A stretch of 63,751 bases of DNA, the filler included, from Bigelowiella natans CCMP2755 (Eukaryota; Protista; Cercozoa): assembly GCA_000320545.1 (NCBI GenBank). It is 5 parts of 5 records of this genome, joined end to end, with 100 filler letters (N's around TTAATTAATTAA, not from the genome) between each part and the next. Parts side by side here need not be neighbours in the genome. Positions count along the whole stretch, not along the records: positions 1 to 12,050 come from ADNK01003128.1; positions 12,151 to 26,330 come from ADNK01003269.1; 3 more parts are not named here. One strand, written 5' to 3'. Under the pieces are notes generated by a model. The model was not told the DNA's origin. It was given only the letters and a program-made list of their open reading frames with translations, and ran no database searches. This document shows positions 1 through 16,064 of this stretch, piece by piece. How positions within the stretch are numbered: the stretch's first letter is position 1; each line of letters starts with the position of its first letter. The position numbers and the translations under genes were made by a program.

Positions 1-201
1 AGAGAGGGGTTGTTAAAAGAAAGAAGGAGGACGGCAGGGAGGGAGGAATCGAGAGGTCCAACATGGAGAAAATATACTACTACGCTTCTTATTACCGAAG
101 GCTTGAGTCTTGTGCGACACCCAATCGACCAATAGAACTCTCTGAAAACGGCAAGAACCAAATGTGATGACGGATGATAGATTCATGTTGATGATGACAT
201 G

Positions 202-251
<50 letters not shown>

Positions 252-376
252 TTGTGTGTTACAGTATAAGTTTTTTATGTGTCCTTTGCCTTTCGCGTGT
301 ACTTTTCACTGCGACGCAGCTAATCTCTCGAAGCACACATGCACACACACGTGCGCGCGCGCTCACACCACCTCAC

Positions 377-1974
377 CTTTGAGAGAAGTGCGTACAAGAA
401 TGCGCTAACAATCACCATCTGCCGGTTTCCGAACCTAACAATATTGTATAAATAAATACAGCGACAGACAACAACAACAACAACAACAACAACAATAACA
501 ACAACGATAATGATGATGATGGTGATGATGATGGAGGTTCTCAGCATCATAATAGTTATCCTTATGTGATAATTGCTTTCTCGCTAATGTTTATGGTCTT
601 TTAGCACCCGCTCCCAGGCCCCACAACAACAAAGCGTAGAGCCTCGCTGTCGCCCTTCTTGTCTTGTAAATCTTTAAGTGCCTGGCGATGTTGCTTCTCG
701 TAGGACTGAATCAATTCCGGCACTGACACATCAGCGAAAAGCTGCCTGATCTTTCTCTCGTTTGGGGGAAACCATGGTTGCATCGTCCTCCACCTGTTTG
801 GACACACACATTGGCTTGTCATCGTCATCTTCATCAAATCGTCGTTGTTATTCCATCGCGTCATCTGTCGTCGTTGTCGTAGCTGATATTATGCTGGGAT
901 GAAGCACGCTGTATGTAACTCCTCCGCGCTAAAAACAACCATTCGTATTCATCCGTCCACTTCTCCCCCCTGTCTTCTGTTGGGTCATCAACATTTCCAA
1001 CTCGCTGAGCCCTCTGAGAAGAAGTGACGACGGCGATGGTGACAAAGAAGAAGAAGAAGAAGAGGAAGAAGAAGGAGAAGGAGAATAATAAGAAGAAAAT
1101 AACGACGGCAATGCGATCAGGATCATAGAGGGCATCATCCCCAGCCAAGCGAACAAATCTTCATCAACAACATCAAGATGAGTTTCCTGAATGAGTTGTG
1201 GCGACAACCTCCGGGTTCTCTGTTTCCTCCAGCCGATTCTTGGCGTTATGATATCTCATCATGAGCTCACGATTATCAGGAAACACCTAAAAAACGAAGA
1301 CGCATGCCACCCCCGAAAAGCGCAAAAAAGCAGGTGTATATTAGGTTGAGCCACTTAAGCGTAATGTCTATTGAAACTCGGGTGTTACCTTCCCGGCCGC
1401 TCTATAAGCTATGACGGCGTCTTTCAGCCTGCGGTTCTCCGCAAGCGCCGAAGCGAAGTTCAGATGCACGTCAATATTGTCCCAGAAATCGCAGAGAAGG
1501 TACCTTGATTGTCATCTCGGCTTAGAATGGACTCTTCCGAGCTATGCTTACCCTAATGCAAGCTACTACGAGTAACGAGGCTATCGCCCCCTTGAGAATT
1601 TAAAAAAATAATACTACTGGCTGAACCTGTACAGTGGCAGCGCCTGGTCGAAGTCTTTTTCACTATGAAGGGCTGTGACTTGTTCAGCGAGCTCCTGCCC
1701 GCTCCGGCCTTCGTAGAGATCGTGTTGGAGCTCGCACCATTCGTCAAGCTACATCAATGAAACAACCACATTTCTCAGGAGAGATAAAAGGATCAAAGTT
1801 CCATGAAGGAAGGGCCACCTGATCTCGATCCTGAACGGCGCAGGTGCCATGAGACGTGCAGGCTTCTCCGCTCGACTCACGTGCATAGACCGTGATATTG
1901 GTTGTAAAAAGTGTAAGAAGGCTGAGGAGGAGAAGGAGGACACCGTCCAGACGCGGTCCACAGACACGTAACAT
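377..1974 (-). CDS. Signal-peptide/TPR-like repeat protein with GT37 (xyloglucan fucosyltransferase-like) domain; multi-exon, 3' end not resolved (toward or beyond window start)
   Basis: Spliced GT-AG exons give MLRVCGPRLDGVLLLLLSLLTLF… (signal/TM), TPR-like helices (KDFDQALPLYR / NIDVHLNFASALAENRRLKDAVIAYRAAGK / VFPDNRELMMRYHNAK), then RFVVVGPGSG|FGNRQMVIVSAFLYALLSK, matching the GT37 motif SGLGNRxLxxxSxFLYALLxxR. Confidence 0.65.
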
Positions 1975-2370
1975 CACCCTGGTCGATGTAGGAATGCTCA
2001 ATGAATCTATCTCGTCGCCCCTTCCGATCAGTGAGGAGCATCCATTGTTGAGCCTTTCGGAAGATCGAATACTCACGTGGGGCAGAACCAGAGTAGGCAG
2101 TTTTTGGAACTGAAAATATCGGAATCGAAAGCATCAAGATATGCCGATGTACTTAAAAACAGAAAAAGGGACTGACAAAATATCTCACGAGAATATCTGA
2201 TCTTATCCTAGATTTGACCACCGAAACGCAGCTTCCCGCCTCAAATCAGTTTCTGATTTCGAGGGATTAATACATGGCATTTATCATGTGCGACAATCCT
2301 CTCCAGCCAAAATTCAGAAAAATCAGAAATTCGAGAAGCGGCTGACGGCGCCTCCCCATCCAGCTTCGCG

Positions 2371-3540
2371 ATGTCGGAAGCGCCGACGTCGTCGCCGAGC
2401 GCGGCCCTGGTCGCCCTTGTTGCGGAGCTAGCTGTATGCAATGTTGAACTATCGAATATGAAGAGTCGATTAAAGGTGCGTATTAGGGTGGGCAGATGGA
2501 TATGCTGAGGAGGGGGGGGGATCTGTTCTATCCATGACCAAAGTGAGAGATTGAGAGGGCATTTCTCGGTGCAAAGACGAACGCGCACACGTACACATAC
2601 ATATAGATACAAATGCCAGGTATGCTGCGAAACCCATGAAAGTTTACTGAAGGAGCTCTCAGCTAGGCTGAACCGAGTGGCAAATTACGAGCAATCCAGG
2701 AGCAAACCGCCTCAGCAATCCGATTCATCTTTTTTAGACAAAGGAACAGCCGATGTAATATCTTCCGTGGATAAGATACTCCAAGAGGCTGCGAGAGTTA
2801 TCAGGCCAAAATCCACTGTAAAGCAACCGGCTGCATCAAAAGATGCTAAGACGAAGAGTACTACGGCATCATCCATACGACTCAAAAATAAGGGGAAGTT
2901 ATCGAAAACCTCTCGCTCGGGGAAGAAACCCTCCGATACACAGATGAGGAAAAAGCCTGGTTCTTTGTCGTCATCTTCATCCTCCTCCACTGCCTCCTCC
3001 TCTTCCTTTCAAAGAAGTAGAGACCAGGGCCCTACCGGAGTCTACAAAAAGGCAGAATTGTACAGGATTTACCGCAACTTCGATACGTCGTTTGAGTGCT
3101 TGGATGATATTTCCAAAGCTTATCAGCACCCACTGCCCTTGCATGTCTCCGAGGGTGGGGGAGACTACGAAGAAAAATGCATGAGAGCTGTTCTTGATTG
3201 TGTTGGCGAGGAGGATCCCAATGCACATTGCCGGTGGGGAAGCGCTAATCTTAATGCCAAGCACGCAAAGGATGATCTCCTGGGAGACTTTGAATTTCTT
3301 CGCTCCTGCTACGCTGAGAATGAGATCAAAAGTGCACTTAATTTGATTATTATAGAAAAATTACAGGCAGCATTTCTCGAGAAGAAAGCGGTAGGAAGCA
3401 ACGTCTTGCTCCTATACCGCCTAGCATTCAGCCTTCTCTCGCCCGTTAAGGCACCAGTTTTCATTCCTCTTACCAAGGGTCATCCAGACGAATACGTGAA
3501 TCACGAGGATGACCATGATTTAAAAGCAAGTGCTTCATGA
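2371..3540 (+). CDS. TEDC2-like (tubulin epsilon/delta complex protein 2) protein, about 341 aa; exons 2371-2475 and 2620-3540
   Basis: A phase-0 GT-AG intron (2476-2619) joins an ATG exon to the 2551..3540 ORF. N-terminal LVALVAELAVCNVELSNMKSRLKVC…SSVDKILQEAARVIR, a Ser/Lys-rich linker and C-terminal LLLYRLAFSLLSP recall the layout of TEDC2 (recognised from memory, not searched). Confidence 0.55.
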
Positions 3541-3935
3541 AGGGGAAGCATTAGGAAGCAGCATTGTCAAGTATGCAGTAGTAAATACTTCAGCTGCTCT
3601 ATAATAAAGCTGATGCGATGCAGTGGGGCCACTGAGCAACTGTGCTTAATCGAAATCACATACGATCGAATATTATACCAAAGACTGCTTATATTGCGGA
3701 CACGAGTGGGATGTATGCGATGTATGCGCGCGCACGTGCGCTATAGCGTGGATACGCTCAATCATCACATGCAAAAACGACTAATGCAGATTCACCACAT
3801 TATTTGCCACTACTCCTGTAAATATACATAGTTAGATCAAGCACCCGCAATATGAACAACGAATTGTAGGCACGTACGTGGGCGATTCACGATGCAAACA
3901 AGCTCTCTAGTTGCATGGCGGGCGTGCTAGCGTGA

Positions 3936-4020
3936 CATGAGACGGCGGATATATAATGAATTGATTAAGCTTTTCAATGCTCATCCTAATGTAGCTGTGC
4001 AATGCAGCGGCTGTGTTGTG
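3936..4020 (+). repeat. Dispersed ~80-110 bp two-hairpin repeat, copy A
   Basis: catgagacgg…taatgaattgattaagcttttcaatgctcatcctaatgtagctgtgcaatgcagcggctgtgttgtg aligns with the copies at 33138-33330 and the inverted copy at 33535-33648. Confidence 0.8.
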
Positions 4021-4424
4021 ACATTTACGTAAGCACGACCCTGCCATGCCACGAAAAAGCTAGCTGTTGTAATATTTTGCTAAATAAATAAAAGCGATCT
4101 CGTGAGCACACAATAATGCTCTACGATCAAGACGAGTTTTTCTCTATAATAGAAAACGCTGCAGCACCGAATAGCAAAGAGATCTTCGCGCATTGTGTCA
4201 TTGAATTGGAACATGGTTTGAATCGCCGTGGATGAGGAAATCTCATTGCATGTCAAGTATCGAAGTGTGCATTCTCTCCCATTCATGCTTCAATATTCCA
4301 TGGCGCGTGCTTTATTTATTAATTAGATGCCGTAGCTTGTACTGGCCCAGCGTTTCTTGGGATTACGGCACTTCTATTTCTGGTGCAGCAACTCCGCCAC
4401 AACTACTACCTATGCATTCTCATC

Positions 4425-5819
4425 TCAGGTACGATACCTTTTCCGAGAGCCTGTACAGCATCTAGTAATTGTTGTCCTCACTGGGAAAGGAAGAGGCGTA
4501 GACGACGACGATGACGGCTCCGAAGGCAAAGCCAACAACGATAGTCGTTTTTGCCGGGAGGAAGAAGGAAGCCACTCTTTCGTGAGTGATATTGTTCCTG
4601 ATGGGGGTCTTTGTTGTTGTTGCTGCTGCTGTTCGCTTTCGTCCATGTCCATGAAGGGCAGAGTGATTTTACATCCCTTTCCTCCTCCCGTTGGTCCTCC
4701 TAATAACCCGCTTTTCATGTCTAACGACTGATTTGGCTCCAAAAGTTGCTCTAATTCCGACAGCTCCTCCCCGGCAGGTTGAATTGACTGCTTTATCCTT
4801 ACACGGAGATAGGGCCGGTGCGGATCGGCGTCGTCGGTTCTACTAGCTTCATGCTTCTTCCTCTTGCGAGTTTGCTTCGCACCCTTCCTCGCATTGTTAG
4901 AGGATGATATTGCCAAAGATGATATTGATGGCTCTGACGATGACGACGACGACGACATCTGTTCTATGAATGGGTGAGAGAGTATACTACTGGTCGATAG
5001 CCGAGCGTTAGGGTCGTGCCTTAGCGTTTCAGCAACAAAGCCTATTCCATCTTCCGAAAGACGGTGCTTAAGCTTTAATTTCTGGAGAACTTTGTCGATG
5101 CCCTTGGGTCCTTTGCCGAGGAGACTCATGATAATCTGATCACGTTTCACGTCTCGCTCTTTGCAGTACAATGGCTTCCCCAAGACCATCAACAGAAAAA
5201 TTATCCCGAGGGAGTAGACGTCCGCCTTCTGCGCATTGAATTTTAACACGGGACAGCTGAGGACTTCTGGAGCAGCGTAATTCTTCCTCGGAGCGGTCCG
5301 CAACATGTTTATCATCCCGCTTTGCGTGAGTCGCGCGGCCCCGAAATCGCAGATCTTCACTATCTCCATCTTGCGATTTATGAGGATGTTTTCCGGGGCG
5401 AGGTCTAGATGCACGATGCCGCTCTCGTGCAAGAAGTTGACCGCCTGGGCCAACTGGCGGAACAGCTTTATGGACAGGCGCTCCGAGAGCCCGTTCCTAG
5501 CTCGGATGAAGTCGAAGAGATCCCCATCGACGAACTCCAAGACAGAGCTCACTAGATTTATGTCGCTATCGATTCTCTTATCCAGAAGCTTGGCTATGTT
5601 GGGGTGTCCACCATTTTTCATTATCAATGTAAGAACCTTCTGTTCATTGACAGGGTCTTCGTATCCCTTTGCCTTTTTCATGTCGCTGTTCTTCACAACG
5701 ATCTCCTTCCCTGTCATAGTATCAGTCGCGAGAACCAGAGTGGAGGTTCCTGTTCTTGTCAACTCCCGGACCTTCTTGTAGCGTGCGCTCCACGGCATTT
5801 CTGGACCATGGCAGAACAT
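4425..5819 (-). CDS. Intronless Ser/Thr protein kinase (CAMK-like), 464 aa
   Basis: IVVK (VAIK lysine), HLDLAPENIL catalytic loop, KICDFG, YAAPE, KADVYSLG; basic NLS-like RKRKK and low-complexity C-tail. Confidence 0.9.
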   Translation of the reverse strand: MFCHGPEMPWSARYKKVRELTRTGTSTLVLATDTMTGKEIVVKNSDMKKAKGYEDPVNEQKVLTLIMKNGGHPNIAKLLDKRIDSDINLVSSVLEFVDGDLFDFIRARNGLSERLSIKLFRQLAQAVNFLHESGIVHLDLAPENILINRKMEIVKICDFGAARLTQSGMINMLRTAPRKNYAAPEVLSCPVLKFNAQKADVYSLGIIFLLMVLGKPLYCKERDVKRDQIIMSLLGKGPKGIDKVLQKLKLKHRLSEDGIGFVAETLRHDPNARLSTSSILSHPFIEQMSSSSSSSEPSISSLAISSSNNARKGAKQTRKRKKHEASRTDDADPHRPYLRVRIKQSIQPAGEELSELEQLLEPNQSLDMKSGLLGGPTGGGKGCKITLPFMDMDESEQQQQQQQRPPSGTISLTKEWLPSSSRQKRLSLLALPSEPSSSSSTPLPFPVRTTITRCCTGSRKRYRT

Positions 5820-6777
5820 AATATTTCAAAGATCTTTATAAAATAGGGGAACGTGTATCTCTTGAGTGGAGAGCAAGTAACCCTTTCAAGACTGTCGAAC
5901 CCCTTTTTGAAGTTGTAGCTTCTCAACGACGCCACAACACCTAGGGTTTGGGGATTAGAGGAGGTTGCTGTTGTGAAGGATCTTCGGTTGACCACAGCGG
6001 GGATTTGGAGCTTTGAGCAGGTAGAAGCTCTCGAAGGATCTTCAGTTACTAGATATGTGGAAATCTTATCCTTCTTTCTTTATTCAATGCCGTCTTCTGG
6101 TAATGAGTGTGTTGAAAGAACAAACTCCGACAAAGCAGGATGCAACGGAACGTCGATAAAATGATCGCCCTCCTTCACAGCGGCATCAGGAACATAGCGG
6201 AGATAGAAAGTCGTATCTGTGAGCAGTTTCTATGCACACAATCCTGAATGGAACGGATGCACGTATTGATTGAAACGTAGGGATAGAGAGAGGATGGGGT
6301 TTGACGCCTCACGTACCGGTAATGAGTTCGAAGCAATGCCAACTGGCACGATATATTTCATCAATGCGACAACAATTGGCACATGTCGCTATCTCAAAAT
6401 TCCATACGTCTCTATTTTTAACAGCGACCCTTTTTTCTCCACTCATCACGAACGCCGAGCCTTTTTGCACAGAACAGCCTTTTGCGTTGTTGTTATTGTT
6501 GTTGTTGCGACGTGCTCGCATCTCGCAGGAGGAACCACTAAGAACAACTCAGAGCTCTTTTTAAGAGGGCAAATGCCGACCAATATGGCTGGGATGTGGA
6601 TAAGTCGTTGACGCGTAATCCATATTCTACTTCATTTTAGTATGATTCTGTCAGCTGTGAGCTACAGATAGATCTGAATAATTTTTGGGAATACGAGCCA
6701 TATGACATTTTATGTCCAACGACAGCACGAGCTGTATTCCCCGTTGTTCCACAAGGGCTCTACAGCAGTCACGCGAT

Positions 6778-6885
6778 GAATAGGATGTTTTCTCGATAAT
6801 TTTTGTTCAGAGAAATCATACCCGCTGATAATAAGAATAGGATGTTTTCTCGATAATTTTTGTTCAGCGAAATCATACCCGCTGA
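6778..6885. repeat. Direct tandem duplication, 51-bp match, period 57
   Basis: gaataggatgttttctcgataatttttgttcag(a/c)gaaatcatacccgctga occurs at 6778 and 6835 with one mismatch. Confidence 0.9.
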
Positions 6886-6959
6886 CAGGCAGAGTAGCGC
6901 AGAGGCAGCGTTCCGAAACTGGCCTGCCCTCGACGAGAGGGGGACGGACAACGACAGAC

Positions 6960-11003
<4,044 letters not shown>

Positions 11004-11084
11004 TCATCGCGCTTATTATCATAGTAGACAATGTATGTACGAAAGGCTATCGTTAGAAAGTAATTTATTCATTGATTACATCCG

Positions 11085-11127
<43 letters not shown>

Positions 11128-11597
11128 ACATGTAGTATATTGCCTGTGCCAACACTGCTAAATGCGTACGACTATCGCTTCATCACGCAACACGTCTGAG
11201 TAATAAGTAGGCTCCTGCTGCTGTTCATAGCAGGCCCAGTAAGGTGCATAATAAAGTCATATATCATATATAGGAAACCAAGCATAGAAAAACCAAGTGT
11301 AAAAAAGCAGCCAAAACGTAGCATATTAACAATATAGCCACAGCGCGCAACTCGAGCGAGACAACTTACAGTATTATGAGAGGACGAATTATTAGCAAAA
11401 AAAACAGACACATTCATCATCTGCATGTTCATTGCGCGAGCAAAGGGAGTTGTGCTTCTCGCGACTGCAAACTTTCATTGTTGATTCAGTGATCAAATGC
11501 GGACTTCGCGCATACGATGACACGTGCAGCCATAATTAGACACCAGCAATCACAGCTTGTGGCTAATCAGCACTTTCACTCCGTTCCCCTTCTCGTA

Positions 11598-12930
11598 TTA
11601 CGATGCTGTTGGTGATTGGTCGGGTTGTGTTTTCCTTTTCGTTGTCTCGGCAGCAGGATCGCCCGACCGCTGAGTAACGACTAGGCTGCTGTTCAATTGA
11701 AGCAGCTCCACGTGCAACTTCCACAGCATAAGGAGCGAGAGTTCGGTAGCCCGGGTTTCCTCATGCTTCCTCTGCTCTTCAGTACTCAGAGCCTCGGCCT
11801 TCGCTTTCCAGCTGTACATTTCCTTTAACACCTCCTTCTTATCGTCAGCGAACCTATAGCACGTGGATGATAAGTGAGACGGGAGAAGGGGGGGGGGGGG
11901 GGGGGAGAGAGAGAGAGAGAGAGAGGAAGAAAATTGAAAATTGAGATATACTCATACAAACCCTGCGGACATCGCGGTCCAACCGGGGGGATACTGGATT
12001 TCGGGGCCTCTTTATCGGTATTTTGGGCGAAGGTAGAATGTGGATTACCANNNNNNNNNNNNNNNNNNNNNNNNNNNNNNNNNNNNNNNNNNNNTTAATT
12101 AATTAANNNNNNNNNNNNNNNNNNNNNNNNNNNNNNNNNNNNNNNNNNNNATATATATATATATATATATGCTCATATGCCCATGTTCGCGTCCCGCAGC
12201 CTGCCCGCGTAACGCTGATGTCTACCAGCTCTACCGATGCATATATATGTGTATATAGTTTATAAATATTGAGCACCACTGTCATTAAGATCATCATGAG
12301 AATAGTGGGAATGCATATATACATCGATATGACAAAACTCTCACCAGCTTGATTTGCTCGATGCTATTGTCTGAGGCCGCTGCGACCGCCACGATCGTCA
12401 AATGCAACAAGCCCAGAGTTAGTATGGGAAGCAACGTCCTCATCACCTGCCGCGACGTCAAGTCGCATACGGAGGAGATTAGAATTGCCGGTCTGACCGT
12501 TGAAACGTTGGACACTATCACAGCCCCCACAATGGCTCCTATGGCCACACGGACGACCTGTTTCGTAAGTGAGGCGTTCGGGAAGCCGATCATCATGAGC
12601 CATAACCTGGGAGGGGGATGGTGTTGCTTGACAAAGTGCGATTTGGCATCGGTTGAACAATCGTTTATGTGGGAATTACGGTTGGGGGGCAAAGGTGGCG
12701 ATCGAGAAGGCCGAATTGATTATCTCCTGCGAGCTTGGCACTGCTGCTCGTGTCCTCAGCGGCCTTCTGGGCTTCGTTACGGACCGAGAGCGACGACTCA
12801 GCGCAACAGGGTAGTTGTGGCGGCGACGCCCATCCTGCAGACGACGAACTGCATTCCCCTTTGATACGAGGCTGGCTTGCCCGTTGGTTACGAAGAGCAA
12901 AGCTGCAGCAGCGAGCAGGCTGAGGCGCAT
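11598..12930 (-). CDS. Hypothetical multi-exon protein with signal peptide + Arg-rich transit-like presequence; interrupted by an assembly gap, so the two sides may not be one gene
   Basis: MRLSLLAAAALLFVTNGQASLVSKGNAVRRLQDGRRRHNYPVALSRRSRSVTKPRRPLRTRA starts at ATG 12930 (upstream in-frame ATG at 13179). Terminal helical exon …KEMYSWKAKAEALSTEEQRKHEETRATELSLLMLWKLHVELLQL…* ends at 11598. Confidence 0.45.
12051..12150. other. Assembly gap spacer (N44-TTAATTAATTAA-N44)
   Basis: Fixed 100-nt linker with stop codons in all six frames, identical at four places. Confidence 0.97.
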
Positions 12931-13225
12931 CTGAAAGGGGGCGTGAGTCTGTGGCTGGGTCCACGTCGACAGCGCCGGTAAGATTTCGGAAGGTTTAAGG
13001 ATTTGGGCGGATGCGGAGAAAACATCGAATTTGAGGGGTAATCTACTTGTCGCAGGGGTCATATCCTTCCAGAATCGCCGAAGATGTTGGTCGAGATGCA
13101 GTCTTGGTAGAGTTAGATCTTTCCCCGAGGGAGTTTTCTGCGATTCTTCAGATTCTACTTCGTAGATATTTTCCGGCATTATTTCTAACGCAAAATATCT
13201 CACACACACAACATACACAACACAC

Positions 13226-13258
<33 letters not shown>

Positions 13259-13336
13259 CGTCAAACGGATCGGATCGCGATTAGGTCGATGTCCTGCCCG
13301 GTGCACCCATCCAACCGGGACCCTAAATTGGCAGAT

Positions 13337-13738
13337 ATGATGGCCGAGTACTCGCGCCTCTTGCCCGACTGCTCTCCTGAGGCCCACTGCCTGGCGCAGT
13401 GCCGGGAGAAGGTGACTTCAAAACAGATGGACTGGCTTCTAGGTTTAATGCAATATGTGTACATATTTATGTTGTAGGTCGCAAGCGCCTCTGTCTTCTC
13501 AAAGAAATTTTTGTGGAGAGTAGGAATAGGGAGAGGGCACTGCGTTCCTGAATCGGAAACGCTGAGCTCCTGCCGGTCCTCCCGCAACACGGTATCAAAG
13601 AAGCTAATGAAGGATTGTAACGTGCCCGGTGGTAGCTTGAGGGGTACGTACCACCAATGTTTAAAGAACGAGGAGGCAAGCCAGTGCCTTACTATACTGG
13701 AAAAGTTCCTGGCTTGTGTCAAAGAAAGTCAGAAGTGA
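13337..13738 (+). CDS. Small multi-CX9C (CHCH) protein, CHCHD5/Mix14-like mitochondrial intermembrane-space candidate; exons 13337-13411 and 13478-13738
   Basis: The spliced product has CSPEAHCLAQC (CX9C), CVPESETLSSC (CX9C), CNVPGGSLRGTYHQC (CX13C) and CLTILEKFLAC (CX9C); phase-0 GT-AG intron. Confidence 0.7.
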
Positions 13739-13989
13739 TAAGTTAATTAGGAAGCATGCTAACGCGTATGATTCACCACCGTTGAGTGTAGAACCATAGA
13801 AGAAATAGAGAACGATGTGATTAGAGTGAAGATTTTAATTATCATGTCTATACATTCTGCCAGATGGTAGATCTTCGCTTTCATAGCATGGCATGTGGGA
13901 TTGCACAATACATATAGTCCCAGCATACATTATGTTGTGCTGTCCACCATGTAACGTTTAAGCCTTTTACACAGCATAATGCTAGTGTT

Positions 13990-14027
<38 letters not shown>

Positions 14028-14880
14028 ACAGCTACTTGACAGTATGATTGCGGTCGGAGATGACGCTGCCGATTCAGCAATGTGTATTAAACGTACCCTA
14101 CAGGCTGGTAGGCATAGTACGTACACATACAATTCGATTCGCATATTCTTGGCGCAAGTAGTGAGCGTGACGGCAACGACGTGCCGAATTATAGAATCAT
14201 TCGCGAATGAGTGATTAAACAGGGTGTATGTGCATGCCATATCACATCTCCAATGACAAATCGCCGTGCTAGCTAGCACGTACGTAGTAAACATGCACAT
14301 TAGATCCGGATAGCGGTAGCGCGTTCGCATGCACAGTCGCCGAAACATGCTGCAAGTCCCTACGGCAAGGCTAGCTAGATAAGGGCAAAACCCAGCGCAC
14401 CAGATCATTGAGAAGTGGAAACAGCGTACGATACGTTGCTAAATAATGCACATTGTGGTGCAGTAGATGCCATTCGCATGTTGCGCGCTGCAAGCTTACG
14501 CAGTTGACTGATAGTAGGCATGTAATGCAGATTGAGTAAGCATAAGAAGCAATATAATTGTCAATGAAGGTGAACCCCTGGCAAATATTTGAATAATGCG
14601 AGCTGTGCAGTCGCAGATGGATGAAGCGCCTGTCGCCTATCACTGGATCAGTGCAATGAGAAACGAGCATATCTAGATATAAGCACATACATTTGTAGAC
14701 TCAAGAAAAGTATTTCTCCAAAGAAGCTGCATAACATCCGCTGCTTTCGTGCCATGGGAGGAACACCAAGTCCCATGCCTCTTGTGCTTTCGACCCCTCC
14801 TTGTACTCCTTGTGTTCCCACTTGACCTTATCTGCGAGCTGTGTTTCATATTTTCCAAAACAGTAGAATGCACATTTCAA

Positions 14881-16064
14881 TCATGAATCATGCCAAAGCA
14901 TCATTGTACATGTACGAAACCACATCTTCTGCTGTAATCTGACCACTTGTACCTCTCCATAGTTCGTGAGGTCTTCAAAAGGATCATTTGGAAATAAGTC
15001 CTTGCAGTGCTTGTGAAATTCTTCTTTTGTGCTCTCCATGTAATATCCAACATAAGCTGCAGCCATGAAGATTTGGTATACGTAACTCTGCACTTGACCC
15101 AATATCCAACTGCTGACAAATGATTCCCCAGCCTGCACGGCAAAGATAATGCCTAAGATGATCCATATCAATGAACCCAAAGCGAGAGTTGCCATGACAC
15201 ATCCTCCCAAGGTTTCTCCGATGGTGTACAAAGTTTTGCTACAGAGGCAGCATCTACATTCCAATAGGTATCTGCGAAAAATAAAATCATGTTCAGATTA
15301 GATATGGTAGAGCATTACAAAATATCGCGTGAAGAAGAACTCTGGGTGAAAAATTAAGGTCTTACCTCATCATGATGTTGTAAGGGATGGTGAGAAGGGC
15401 CACGATGAACGAGACGAGAGCCCAATGTGAATTAATGTTGGCGAACAGCGCAGAAAGAAAGAACAACCAAGTAATTGAGTTGAAGAGGAACAAAGTTCGT
15501 TCCTTTCTACTGAAAGGGTGGACGCGGTTGGCGTAGAAGAGACTTAGGAGCGTGTGCTCTTGAGAAACATAGGCCTTCAAGTTGCTTGGGTAACTACCAT
15601 CGGTGCCAGGATACGCATAAAACTGATGTGGCGATAAGATGATCAGACGGTCGTGTATGTTCATAAGAACGTATGAGACAAGGAACACTAATGTGGCGAT
15701 GAGATGATCAGACGGTCATGTACGTGTGCTCGTAAGAAAGTATGAAATAAGGAAGCGAGTTCTATGAAATCCGAGCACCCACCGCTCCATTCGCGAGATA
15801 AGATTTGAATCTATTCATGAACTTTTTCGCATGAACAGCATCAATTTTAGGAGCAGCTCTGGAAAGTGCTGCATCTTGCGGCGGAGTAGTCTTTAAAGCG
15901 TCTTGAGCTGCTGTTGGCACCACGGGAGCTGCTGTTGGCACCACGGGAGCTACGACAACCTTCAAGGGAGCCGTTTGGGACTCAACAATCACGCCTGGTA
16001 ATGATGGAGACTTTTCGTCCGAGGCGACGATGACCGGTACGTTGGCGATTTCCATGCTGCTCAT
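14881..16064 (-). CDS. Multi-pass membrane protein of unknown function, 3 exons
   Basis: Exons at about 16064-15782, 15623-15366 and 15271-14881. Pro/Ala-rich N-terminus with APVVPTA x2, then EHTLLSLFYANRVHPFSRKERTLFLF (like the H..LS.F…F.R..R motif preceding polycystin-type TM helices) and about 4 hydrophobic segments. Confidence 0.7.
15627..15755. repeat. Diverged ~64-bp tandem duplication inside an intron
   Basis: atgtggcgat(a/g)agatgatcagacggtc…taagaa.gtatga.a.aaggaa occurs twice. Confidence 0.8.

Noticed and set aside
5305-5781. 158-aa plus-strand ORF
   Set aside because: Antisense to the kinase catalytic domain.
12095-12106. TTAATTAATTAA palindrome inside N-runs, seen four times
   Set aside because: Artificial six-frame-stop scaffolding linker, not biological.
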